From contig NC_068989.1 of assembly GCF_001194135.2 (NCBI RefSeq), positions 83,460,613 to 83,498,491 on the forward strand: a DNA stretch of 37,879 bases. Direction: 5' to 3'. The stretch is from Octopus bimaculoides. Lineage: Eukaryota. Position 1 is the first letter of the stretch; each line of letters begins with the position of its first letter. Both the position numbers and the translations under genes were made by a program. Shown one piece after another: positions 1 through 11,856 of the stretch. The notes beneath the pieces were generated by a model. The model was not told the DNA's origin and made no database searches. It saw only the letters and a list, made by a program, of their open reading frames with translations.

Positions 1-56
1 ATATACATATATTCACATATATATATATATACACACATACATATATACATACAAAT

Positions 57-87
<31 letters not shown>

Positions 88-260
88 CACGCATGTTTTG
101 AGTTCTGTTTCTGTTTGTGTCACCAAATCTGTGTGTGTGTATTGAATCTAAATGTATATTTATTAAACGTACGCAAATAAACAGTCTGAAAGTTGTTCAC
201 ACACAGTTTCAGTAAATAATTATTGCATAACACCAAAGAATGAATCCATTTTTCCGTGTA

Positions 261-301
<41 letters not shown>

Positions 302-499
302 GTGTGTGTTTGCGCGCGCGAGTGTGTGATCTTTTCTATCAAGAAATATGACATGTAGTATATTTAGATCAATGAAATTCTGTCTTAAGGCGTTATTCAT
401 ATTTGTCACTATTTTGTTATATAATTTCAAATATCCTCTCTTTTCATTTTTCAGATCAGCACAGGATCTACATCAACTTAATTACATAAGCAACATTAA

Positions 500-541
<42 letters not shown>

Positions 542-555
542 NNNNNNNNNNTATG

Positions 556-586
<31 letters not shown>

Positions 587-1348
587 AGAGAGAGAGAGGT
601 ACATATGCATACACACACACACCTATATTTGCGTGTGTATGTGCTTACGTAATTGGTGATTGTGACGTGCTGAAGGTTTTAGTTGCAGTCGTGGGAGCGG
701 AACACTGCTCGATTTTCCACAAGCAGCGAATAAACAACAGAAAAATATATCTATTCGACCCACAGTCATTGGTTAAAATGTCATAGAATTATATATTCTG
801 TGTTAGGTTATGGATATTATATTTGTTTTTCTGGTAGTGCTGGTGATAGTGGTGGTAGTAGTAGTAGTTGAGATTATTAGAGCAGGAAATGTGGCGGCGG
901 TAGGAAAGGACTGGGAGGTTTTCTGAAATTATTCTTGGAGAGAGAAAATGGCGATTTGTAAACCAGAAAGCTGCGATGAGATACTGGGACATCAATGCGA
1001 GACAGGAAATGATGCATCTCGACTTCCGTTAACAACAGGCATCGTTAAATACGTTGCGACCGGAAATGGTTGAATAATCTGATGGTCGCCATTTTGAAAC
1101 GATTAATGTCATTGCATTTTAATCGCTTTTGTTTCCTATCCAAAAACTAACTGAAGAAACTGAAGTGGCAACAGTAGTAGTAGTAGTAGATACCACCGCG
1201 GCCACCACCTTTACTATAACTACTGTTATGACTACTACTACAATATTATATATTGTGTGTGTTTCCTGTGCAATAATAACAACAGCAATAATAATAATAA
1301 TAATAATAATAATGAAATATAACAACAACCATGATGATGATGATAATG

Positions 1349-1381
<33 letters not shown>

Positions 1382-1713
1382 GTAATTATTCGTGATAAAT
1401 CATGATGGTAATTACGACAGAGGATATTAACTGAAATTATAAATAAAGTGCATGTGTGTGAGAGCCAAACATGAAATAATGGGAAAGAGACGAAAAAAAA
1501 AAAAAGATTAACAAAGCAAAAATTTATGCTCATCTATATATCCGTTTTTCTAATTTATATCAAATCTAATTATGTGTCCATATTTCTCTGTCTCTATATC
1601 AGATTCACTGATAGGTAAAGCTTACATCAGTTGGCGCACGAAACCTTTAGGTATGAAGAAATAATCCGGTTTACCAACACGCTTATACACACACAGAAAT
1701 ACAGTATATATAC

Positions 1714-1750
<37 letters not shown>

Positions 1751-2510
1751 CGAGAGCGAGAGAGAGAGGGATTCGCACACACATACATATGTATATGTGT
1801 GTATTTATATGTATGTGCTTGTGTGAATGATTATCGTTATATTTATCTATGTATCTACTTTGTAATCAAGCCAGCAGCTAATTACCAGAGCAGTGATTCA
1901 AGAAACTGATTATCATATTATATGAGCGTTTGTCGTATTGTGGAGAAACTTGCTAATTTTACACAAATGCGGCCAACTACTAACAATAACAACATCAACG
2001 ACAACAGCTGCGACAACAACAGCTGCAACAACAACAATGATCGTATCTACAGATACGTTGGTGTAACAGAAACATTATTTCACATATTCACTCGGGGAAA
2101 GGCATTAATACCACAAACTCATTCACTCAATCACTTGTATTCAGATGATGCTGATGGTGGTGTTGGTGATGGTGTTGTTGGTCATAGGACGATGGCTGAC
2201 CATCACCATCATAATCATTCCCATAATAATGTTCTACTTGGCATTAAAAAAAAAACAGAAACGATTCAAACTCGGAATACGTTATAAGCGCTCACGTTCG
2301 TGTCTGGATCCATATTTCGGCAAGCCTAATCACAAACGGTCGACAGCCTGCTGATAACTTGATGATTGGGAACTGAGCATTTTAACTAAAGAGGCACGAC
2401 ATTGATTTTGAAACTCTGGAAATTCTTTGTTTTGACCAGTCTGAGTTACTGCTCACAGATATGGTCTTGTAGTTCAGGCTTTACCTCCCAACTGGAAAGT
2501 GCTGCACCGT

Positions 2511-2877
2511 TTGTTGGCACTCGAGGGTTCCAGTTGATCCGATCAACGGAACAGCCTGCTCGTGAAATTAACGTGCAAGTGGCTGAGCACTCCACAGACA
2601 CTTGTACCCTTAACGTAGTTCTCGGGGATATTCAGCGTGACACAGTGTGACAAGGCTGACCCTTTGAATTACAGGCACAACAGAAACAGGAAGTAAGAGT
2701 GAGAGAAAGTTGTAGTGAAAGAGTACAGCAGGGTTCACCACCATCCCCTGCCGGAACCTCGCGGAGCTTTAGGTGTTTGCACTCAATAAACACTCACAAC
2801 GCCCAGTATGGGAATCGAAACCGCGATCCTATGACCGCGAGCCCGCTGCCCTAACCACTGGGCCATTGCGCTTCCAC
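2511..2877 (-). mobile_element. tRNA-headed SINE, family C (near full length)
   Basis: Minus strand begins GTGGAAGCGCAATGGCCCAGTGGTTAGGG (A box) ... GGTTTCGATTCC (B box). The 3' ~150 nt (CTTGTCAC..CACGCTGAAT..CTACGTTAAG..GATCGGATCAACTGGAACCCTCG) recurs at 27375-27550 and 13905-14075. Confidence 0.9.
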
Positions 2878-3206
2878 GCTGCACAGTGTATAGTATATAT
2901 CTGTTCATTGGTACGCCGGTTAAAACAATATTTCAGTGGGAATGATTCTTGATAATTTTGTTCCAAATTTTGGCTTAGAGGAAAAGAAAAGCAAGAGGTA
3001 TCACAGATAGCTCCCGATAATATGATTCCGTTCACCAGTGCCTCGCAGCTTTGATCACCCAAGGAATGTTCGGCGTCTTTTACCCGACGCTTTAGCATAC
3101 AGTTTACCTCCATTAACTATTTAGCAATCAAACCAAACCCAGTGCTGGTGTAACTATTACAGGTTAAACCACATAAAATATGGAGTCTACTGAATCCTAC
3201 AGTAAC

Positions 3207-3239
<33 letters not shown>

Positions 3240-3240
3240 T

Positions 3241-3387
3241 ACTCTTTTATTCTTTACTCTTTTACTTGTTTCAGTCATTTGACTGCAGCCATGCTGGAGC
3301 ACCGCCTTTAGTTAAGTAAATAGATCCCAGGAATTATTCTTTGTAAGTCTAGTACTTATTCTATCGGCCTCTTTTGCCGAACCGCTA
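3241..3387 (-). mobile_element. SINE family B, 3' fragment
   Basis: CTCTTTTACTTGTTTCAGTCATTTGACTGCAGCCATGCTGGAGCACCGCC...CTATCGGCCTCTTTTGCCGAACCGCTA matches copies at 6106, 16741, 22176 and 27724. Confidence 0.9.
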
Positions 3388-4244
3388 TGTATGTATTTAT
3401 AAATTGTGCATGATTGAGTGTTCCGAATTGACGTTTCTTGACTATATTTTATTCAAAACTTCCTTTAATCTTCTACATTTATGAAAAGCTTTCAGAATCC
3501 ACTTTTCAATTTTGACAATCTCTCCGCACCAGATTTAACTTGTTTTTCCATGTACTTTAACTTTGTCAAGTTGTTTTGGCTAGAATTTATTTATAAAGAT
3601 TACATGAGTAAACAGCAAAACTGCATCGCATACAATCAGACACTACCTATCACTATGTACAGTACAGTCTCCAACTAGCTAAAGTCAGTACATATCGGCA
3701 GCTACCGATATAAAGATCGAGCCGAGACCAAGACTAACTAGATTATACAACAAAATCAGCAAATAATTCGGTGGAAAAGGACAGGAGGATGAGGCAACAG
3801 CTGTAGCATAACATCTTGTACTTTTGTCTTTGAGTTCAAATAACACCTTACGACGAAAAATCAAGATGGGAAGTCCACAACGTCAAGAACATCTATGACG
3901 TTGATTCAGATGAAGTATGTGTACAAACGTTTGATATATAAAAAAGTGTTAAAGAAGAGTGAAAGAGATTAGATGAAGAAATATTTCACAAACTGGGTTA
4001 GCTTATAATAAAGAGTATCGTGAAATACAAACTCGCTATATTTGTATATATTTTCTCTAAAACGTCTGTTACAAAGGCGACATGGCTTTGAGACGACCGC
4101 CCATCTTGTAAGATGGTTCAAAAAATGAAGCAGTGGGACAAAACACATCAAGGGAGTATCCAGGAGTCATGACCCGGATACTGCGCAACCTTCTTGATGT
4201 TTAAGAAGTTGTACTGAAACGCTTGTATAATTAGCAGAAGCTTT

Positions 4245-4386
4245 GAGGCGGCGAGCTGGCAGAATCCCGTCTTTCCATTTTGAGTTCAAATTCCGCCGAG
4301 GTCGACTTTGCCTTTCGTCCTTTCTGGATCGATAGATTAAGTATCAGTGAAACACTGGGGTCGATGTAATCGACTATTTCCCCCCG
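4245..4386 (+). mobile_element. SINE family A, internally deleted copy
   Basis: GGCGGCGAGCTGGCAGAA...GAGTTCAAATTCCGCCGAGGTCGACTTTGCCTTTC...CTGGGGTCGATGTAATCGACT aligns to the full copy at 24125-24346. Confidence 0.9.
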
Positions 4387-5125
4387 CCTACCCTATAATA
4401 GAAAGGATAATTAGTAGTGGCTTCTTCTCTGAAGAATTTTTGTTCTGCCACCCACAATAGAGTTTCTTATTATTGCTGTGTTTCTATGTTATTCATTTAA
4501 TCATAATACCATCACTATAGCTGTCATTTCATTGATTTGTTACGCGGTGGGACAGAAATATGCCCCGCCATGACATTGATTGATGGTAAGAGTTCAAATC
4601 ACGAAATTCCTTTCATTTTCATGATTTCCCAGCAGTTGTTGACTTGCAATTGTTGAAGATCATCATCATTATCATTATAATTTATATAAGCATTCTAGGA
4701 GATTCTATTAAGAATATGGTTTAAACTCTTTCCCAGATGAAATCATAAGATATAAAGACTTCCTCCAGAATTTACGTTATTACCATGTAAAAATCCCCTT
4801 CCTTTTTACCAAGATACGTTTGAGCAGGAGATAAAAAAGGTACCTATTCTGAAAGGTATCGCAGCTGGACTGCTTTTGATATGATAATAGGTCTGTCTTA
4901 TTAGGGGCGACCTGGGGTGAAACAGCATCAACGTTGATGAATTTAAGTATGTTTCTGTTTCCTTGCTGAGAGGTATTGTACTGTAACGATTGGGGAATGT
5001 CTCTCTAGCTTTCTATGTTGTAGACTCTCTCACAAATATGAAGAAACAGATAGACAAACAGAACCAGAAAGATAGACAGATAATGGGACAAGACGAGCAG
5101 ACAGACAGACAGACAGCTAGACCGA

Positions 5126-5126
5126 C

Positions 5127-5192
<66 letters not shown>

Positions 5193-5400
5193 AAGAGATA
5201 GATATGTTTCTTTATTAGCCACACAGGGCTCAACACAGGGTACAATGTACAAAAGTAGAGCTTTTCTTTTTGGGAAGGGAAAGGAGAGAGAAAAAAGATA
5301 GATAGATAGATAGATAGATAGACAGACAGATAGACAGATAGACATATCTTTTTATTATGGCCACACAGGGCTAAATACAGAAAGTGGACAATAGACAGAT
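5126..5400 (-). mobile_element. Two tandem non-LTR-retroelement-like 3' ends with (TATC)n tails
   Basis: Related motifs TTTCTTTATTAGCCACACAGGGCT (from ~5206) and TTTTTTATTATGGCCACACAGGGCT (from ~5349). On the minus strand each has AATAAA followed by a (TCTA)n microsatellite tail. Confidence 0.5.
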
Positions 5401-6105
5401 TTAGACAGACAGATAGACAGATAGACAGAAAACAAGATGGATAAAGATATGAAAAAGAGAAGAAATGAAAAGATAAATATATACACACACATTCGTTCAT
5501 ATCTGCATTTCAGTTGGTGTGTACATAGTCTTCTTAGCTCTACAAATTCAGTTTCGTCTGTCGTCATCTTTAATTAGTTATTTCTGGTGGGGTTCTTTTA
5601 ATCTATAACCCAGCCCCCGCTTCCCGCTTTGCTAATCCGTCATCATTATATAACCAGATTTTAATTAGACTTTTAAATCCACCCCTCGTATCCCAGTTTG
5701 GGTGGTATGTCTATAAGTGTTGCTTCAGTGGGGGTACCCAAAGCACTATTGTCATTATTAATTCTCCAGTTCCCTCTTGCTTTATTCCCGTGAGATCATT
5801 TACGTGTCGTTATTACAGCTGCAGTCAATCCACTGAGAGACTCCGTACATGCTAGAAATAACAGCTAAATTATATTTTATTGTTTCAATAGAATGTGGTA
5901 CACTGTATAAGAGGCAGGATGGTCACAATAGGAACCTTTTTTATTATATGTCTACTGGTACAAGGTTGACATCAAGATAAATGAACTATAGCAACATCAA
6001 AAATTAAAGATGGATCCCTTACGCCCTTCTTAAAAGCAACATAGAGACAACTAGATAACCTTTGGTGGATCAGGCCTCTCCTATGGCTATAAATATTGGG
6101 AGTAC

Positions 6106-6236
6106 AAACCGATAGAATAAGTACTAGGCTTAGAACAGAAGTCCTTAGATCAATTTGTTCGAGTAAAGTCCTTCAAGGTGGCGCTCCAGCATGGCCGCAG
6201 TCAAACGACTGCAACAAGCAAAAGAATAAAAGAGTA
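6106..6236 (+). mobile_element. SINE family B, 3' fragment
   Basis: CCGATAGAATAAGTACTAGGCTT...GGTGGCGCTCCAGCATGGCCGCAGTCAAACGACTG...AAAAGAATAAAAGAGTA; reverse complement of the 3241 copy. Confidence 0.88.
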
Positions 6237-6649
6237 GATGCGCTAATAATTCTACAAACACCGCTATCCTCATACCACAACGATTACTACTACTATCACC
6301 ACTACCACCAGTACCACAGCAACCACTACTACTCGCCGTACCACCACCACTATGAAAGTCGTTCTGTAATACACTCATTTAACCTGACCGACTTCATTTA
6401 ATACCTCAGCGCCACCTATTGATAAATTGATGACTAAGGATAGCAATGTAGTAACCCCTAAAGGGAACTATTAGAAATCCCTAAACGGTTCTGTTGTATT
6501 GTGATGATCGCGTGACACCACCTGAAGCGATGCAGAAATTCTTAACGATCAATACAGACGCCGCCATCGGAAATATATATTGATGTATTTATTTATGTTA
6601 TATTCTATAGATTTCTGCAAAATATGTCTGGAATTTCGGGATGTGGAGA

Positions 6650-7005
6650 TTCATACATATATATGCACAGTTATTCAAGTACATAACATACATACATAGA
6701 CACATTCAGGCATACACACACGCGTATATACACATGCGTACTTATATGTATATATACATACGCACACATGCATACATATATATATATATGTATACATACA
6801 CACACATGCATATATATATATACATACACACAAATGCATATATATATATACATACACACAAATGCATATATATATATACATACACACAAATGCATATATA
6901 TACATACATACACACAAATGCATATATATATATACATACACACAAATGCATATATATATATACATACACACAAATGCATATATATATATACATACACACA
7001 AATGC

Positions 7006-7036
<31 letters not shown>

Positions 7037-7086
7037 CATAAGCAAACATGCATATATATATACATATATACACACATACAACATGC

Positions 7087-7121
<35 letters not shown>

Positions 7122-7270
7122 CATATAGATATAGACACACACATGCATACATATATATACATACATACACACATGCATACATATATACATATACATACGT
7201 GCATACATATATACATATACATACGTGCATATATATATATACACACATACATATATATATATATGTATAT
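6650..7270. repeat. Compound (TA)/(CA) microsatellite containing a ~28 bp minisatellite
   Basis: Seven units of approximately TATATATATATACATACACACAAATGCA at ~6810-7010 inside TA/CA low-complexity DNA. Confidence 0.95.
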
Positions 7271-7518
7271 ATTTATTTATTTATTTATGTGTTTCAGCCA
7301 AGTGGCTGCGGTCATGCTGGTGCACCACCGTGATTTTCACGTTCCTTGCATGGCTCTTCTGCCCCACCCGACATGGTCCAATCAAGAGTTTTGATGGCAC
7401 ATCTGGTGTATAAGAGAATTTGACATAGCTGCCCTAAACTGCGTCTCATTACGAGCCATTGGTTCGTCTGGTATCGTGGAGAGGAAAGCGTCAAGTTTTG
7501 TCTTGAAGACCTCTACAT
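7271..7518 (-). mobile_element. 3' end of a CR1/L2-group-like LINE (ORF2 C-terminus, 3' UTR, (TAAA)n tail)
   Basis: Minus strand 7518-7382 encodes [46 protein letters not shown], the FKxxLDxFLxxIPDxP...RAAxSNSL pattern typical of non-LTR RT C-termini. It is followed by ~90 nt of UTR and ATAAATAAATAAAT. The clade assignment is from memory and tentative. Confidence 0.75.
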
Positions 7519-8125
7519 ATGTACATATATATATANNNNNNNNNNNNNNNNNNNNNNNNNNNNNNNNNNNNNNNNNNNNNNNNNNNNNNNNNNNNNNNNN
7601 NNNNNNNNNNNNNNNNNNNNNNNNNNNNNNNNNNNNNNNNNNNNNNNNNNNNNNNNNNNNNNNNNNNNNNNNNNNNNNNNNNNNNNNNNNNNNNNNNNNN
7701 NNNNNNNNNNNNNNNNNNNNNNNNNNNNNNNNNNNNNNNNNNNNNNNNNNNNNNNNNNNNNNNNNNNNNNNNNNNNNNNNNNNNNNNNNNNNNNNNNNNN
7801 NNNNNNNNNNNNNNNNNNNNNNNNNNNNNNNNNNNNNNNNNNNNNNNNNNNNNNNNNNNNNNNNNNNNNNNNNNNNNNNNNNNNNNNNNNNNNNNNNNNN
7901 NNNNNNNNNNNNNNNNNNNNNNNNNNNNNNNNNNNNNNNNNNNNNNNNNNNNNNNNNNNNNNNNNNNNNNNNNNNNNNNNNNNNNNNNNNNNNNNNNNNN
8001 NNNNNNNNNNNNNNNNNNNNNNNNNNNNNNNNNNNNNNNNNNNNNNNNNNNNNNNNNNNNNNNNNNNNNNNNNNNNNNNNNNNNNNNNNNNNNNNNNNNN
8101 NNNNNNNNNNNNNNNNNNNNNNNNN

Positions 8126-8313
8126 NTATATATATACATATGTACATATATATATATATATACATATGTACATATATATATATATATACATATGTACATA
8201 TATATATATACATATGTACATATATATATATATATATACATATGTACATATATATATATATATATATACATATGTACATATATATATATATATACATATG
8301 TACATATACTCAC

Positions 8314-8345
<32 letters not shown>

Positions 8346-8520
8346 GTACATATACTCACATATATATATATATATACATATGTGCATACATATATATATA
8401 CACACACATACATACATGCACAATTTCATATGTATATACATATATATATATGTATATAAATGATTACATGTATATATACATAAATACATGCTTATATACA
8501 TGTATGTGTGTATATATACT
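8126..8520. repeat. (TA)n-CATATGTACA array and TA/CA microsatellite
   Basis: Repeated CATATGTACA units separated by variable (TA)n. The same unit is present left of the 7536-8125 gap. Confidence 0.95.
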
Positions 8521-8934
8521 GTCTGCGTTTTCCGTATGCTGCCTTCTCAACTTCATTGCAATCCTTCTATTTATTGAATTTCTTCAGTTCGTTATGATAT
8601 CTGGTTTGCGCCTGAAGAACATGTGAGGTCTCTCGACATATAAAACTATTAGTAGCGCTTTAATACATGTATTGCGATCTTTAGATAATATCTATCTCTC
8701 ACCTGATGGAATACTTTTTTGTTGAATTTTCACGGTTCAGTACATTATATATATATATATATATATTAAATTTGACTTACGTTGAAAGTCGACTAACAAA
8801 GTTTGCTTTAGGAGTGTTGAGATGCATCGAAAGATACAGGTAAGGAAATCATTTTACTTTTAAACGCTGGATAATGCAAATAATATAGCATGAACAGGAT
8901 AAACTACCCATATTTTGCAGGAAAATCTGTCGGT

Positions 8935-9007
8935 GGTTAGCCATGAGACTCGAATTTGCATCTCTGTGATTACGCGTCAAGTACTTTACCATTAAGCTAA
9001 ACTGCCC
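8935..9007 (-). pseudogene. Degenerate tRNA-derived sequence (SINE head or tRNA pseudogene)
   Basis: Minus strand GGGCAGTTTAGCTTAATGGTAAAG...GCGTAATC...AAATTCGAGTCTC shows A-box and B-box-like motifs, but the acceptor and T stems do not pair. Confidence 0.5.
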
Positions 9008-9077
9008 GAACGACAAATTCTGCAAATTTTTAATTTAAAATTATTTCCTTATTTGTATGTACATGTATGTATGTATG

Positions 9078-9121
<44 letters not shown>

Positions 9122-9431
9122 CATGCTTATATAATTACATTCACGCATACATGTCTGCATACATACACAGATACATACAAGCATGCATACATATGCGTAG
9201 ATACATACATGTATAGATTCTTTGCTTTACTTTCGGTCTTCAACTCCATGATAGGATCATATAGGTGCCGTTGTGACATACAGCGTGTCTTGGATAATTT
9301 TAGACGTAATGGAGGCCATTCCTCCCCAAGTTTAACCACAGTCGATTTCTTCCAGGAGATAGAAAGTCAGACAGAAAGAAAGACTGGGGAAAAGAGAACA
9401 ATCGGTTCCAGGACTGGAGCCTTTAGTTACC

Positions 9432-9531
9432 AACTCCGAAGCGATGAAAAAACAAAGTTGGCTTCGGTAGGATTTGAACCATTGCCATAAAGTAATATAT
9501 CCAATGTTTTAACGACTCCGTCGGTCGGCAG
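9432..9531 (-). mobile_element. SINE family A, degenerate fragment
   Basis: CCGAAGCGATGAAAAAACAAAGTTGGCTTCGGTAGGATTTGAAC...TTAACGACTCCGTCGGTCGGC resembles the family A reverse complement. Confidence 0.6.
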
Positions 9532-9970
9532 TACACACACACACACACACACATACATACATACATACATACATACATACCAATCTTGAGAAATTAAGCT
9601 TCTCAAAACCAGAAAGGAGAAAGCTGATTCGAAGACCACAGATCCACTCCATCACTGGAACTGTAGAAATCTGTAAAACTTTCCAGAAGTTCATCATTTA
9701 AGTATTTATGAGCATGTCTAGATATGCAAGTATATGCATGAAAAGACATACATGAAACAAAACATATAAATCTGCACGTATACACACATACATACATACA
9801 AAAATACCCTGTTATTGATGTTGAAATTCCAATGAAAGAGTCTTGGATTTAGGTTAGAAACCAGTTCTTCTTTATTGGCAAGAAATCTTGAAATAAAACT
9901 GAATAACAACACGCACACACAAATGTATGTATGTATGTATGCATGCATATATGCATGTATGTATGTGTTA

Positions 9971-10085
9971 GTGAAGATGACTGGCCTTATGGTTAGAGTG
10001 TTATACTCCCGAGACTATGGTTTCGATTCCCAGACAGGGGTTTGTATTGTTCTGGATCAAAACACTACATTCCACGTTACTCTGC
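9971..10085 (+). mobile_element. SINE family C-type tRNA head plus CORE-like segment (5' fragment)
   Basis: GTGAAGATGACTGGCCTTATGGTTAGAG...GGTTTCGATTCCCAGAC...AAACACTACATTCCACGTTACTC resembles the heads at 2877 and 27693 (minus strand). Confidence 0.7.
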
Positions 10086-10187
10086 TATAATTTTGATATC
10101 TGACGTGTGGCAAACTTGTGCACCTCTACAAACAAAGTCGATTTGATTGCGGGAAAGCTCCATTTTGCGTGCGTGCGTGCGTGTGTA

Positions 10188-10403
10188 CAAGGGGTGTTGA
10201 AAAGTTCCTAGCTGTAAAAGTATTGCGAAAGGCCTGTTTGGAGGTCCAACCTTTCGTGTACTTTTACATGGTTTAGAAAAACTGAAGGACCGCTGCTATA
10301 AGTGTGCTAATCTGAGATGGGAATATGTCGAATAAAATCATAATTGGCTGATCCTCTTACATTCTCTTTTAACCCAAAGCCAGGAACTTTTCAGCATTCC
10401 CTC
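10188..10403 (+). mobile_element. Mariner-derived non-autonomous element (MITE)
   Basis: TA followed by TIR CAAGGGGTGTTGAAAAGTTCCTAGCT; right TIR AGCCAGGAACTTTTCAGCA. Internal 10261-10335 encodes LLHGLEKLKDRCYKCANLRWEYVE*, resembling a mariner transposase C-terminus. Second copy at 23820. Confidence 0.88.
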
Positions 10404-10423
10404 TCTCTCACACACACATTATG

Positions 10424-10462
<39 letters not shown>

Positions 10463-10531
10463 TTGTGCCTCGGAGGGTAACTTTCTAGGTGCAATCCCAT
10501 AGTCAGTCATGACTGAAGGGGGTCTCAACAG

Positions 10532-10570
<39 letters not shown>

Positions 10571-11562
10571 TATAACGTTAGATTACTGGTGGTGGTGGTA
10601 GTGGTGACAGTTTTAGTGAAGTAGGCGAGGGTGATAGGAGTTGGTGGTGGTGGTGGTGATATTTGAGATGCCGGCATATCTCTAATGACAAGATCTTTGG
10701 GAGGTTTGTCAAATCCCCTTGACAGTTACAAGTGGTTTTACGTTCACTTCATTCATTGTGAGGTTTTCGATGGTTGTTTCATGTCTTATTGTGAACCTAT
10801 TAAACACACTCAACCGGACGTAACAACTTTCGTAGCTTCCGGTCGTAATGGCTACTGTTGCCGGTGTTGTCATTTTTATTGCTCTCCCCCACCACCAACA
10901 ACTATAACGTTTTTCTCGCTCCTTTCTCTTTCGCCCCCGCTTCGTTCCTTGCGTCACCAGCATCTACATTTACATGCCATTGTTTTTACGCCTCTCTTCT
11001 CTTTTCTCTCTCTCTCCCACACTCTATATTTCTTTCTCTCTCTCTTTGTATTTTAGTGTATAGATTTCACAACCCTACACCGTATTTACTCTAAACACTC
11101 AGATGAATTTCCCTTTCGTTGACAGTGTGTATAAATTTATAATATTCGATCGTCATGTCAAACCGTTAACCCCAAAACATTTTTTTCTTTCTTCGTCTTT
11201 TTTCATTCTCTTTCCTTTTTTCCCCTCTCAATCCTTTCTGTCGAAGAACGTAGGCTTGATACGTAAAAGACTTTTCCGTTCTTCCTGAGCGTTCACCTAA
11301 TATACCAGATTGCTGTTCCGATACCTGTTTTTTTGTTTCCTGTAAATTTGAACTACACACACACGCACGCACATTATATATATAATGTGCAGCACGGAAT
11401 TTCGTTAGTGAACAGGTCGCGGTCTCACAGCAACGGAAATATTTTGGCAAATTAGATTCAAATGTTGAAGTGAATCTAACGGTTTTTGTGTGTTTTTAAA
11501 TAGCCTTTAAACACCTTCTACGCTGCAATTGTTATATATATATATATATATATATAATTCCG

Positions 11563-11605
11563 GTTTCAGTCATTACACTACGTTTATACTAACGCACCGC
11601 TTGAT
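11563..11605 (-). mobile_element. SINE family B terminal tail, degenerate
   Basis: GTTTCAGTCATTACACTACGTTTATACTAACGCACCGC resembles GTTTCAGTCATTTGACTGCGGCCATGCTGGAGCACCGC. Confidence 0.45.
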
Positions 11606-11709
11606 TTTGCACAGAATTTCGTGGATGGATCCGAACCAACAACGAAAAATGACGGATATTAAATTTCAGATTGCAGTTCTACACTGTACCAACTGATGAC
11701 ACACACACG

Positions 11710-11757
<48 letters not shown>

Positions 11758-11759
11758 TA

Positions 11760-11809
<50 letters not shown>

Positions 11810-11820
11810 TCGTTTTTTTT

Positions 11821-11856
11821 TTCTTAGTTGTTTCAAGTCATTTGACTGCGGCCATT
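11821..11856 (-). mobile_element. SINE family B terminal tail fragment
   Basis: TTGTTTCAAGTCATTTGACTGCGGCCAT matches the family B 3' terminus. Confidence 0.7.

Noticed and set aside
4690-5010. Stop-free stretches of 40-70 codons on both strands
   Set aside because: No recognisable domain or splice signals; the region around 4860-4930 looks like a decayed repeat tail that I cannot confirm from this window.
6810-7010. Regularly spaced 28 bp units as a CRISPR-like array
   Set aside because: No unique spacers; it is a eukaryotic minisatellite built from TA/CA repeats.
8605-8645. CCTGAAGAACATGTGAGGTCTCTCGACATAT, possible decayed hammerhead
   Set aside because: No GAAA core and no convincing stems.
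9200-9490. Stop-free frame containing IQRVLDNFRRNGGH, reminiscent of a Tc1/mariner C-terminus
   Set aside because: The motif is too short and mis-spaced, there are no TIRs nearby, and the 3' part is a SINE A fragment.
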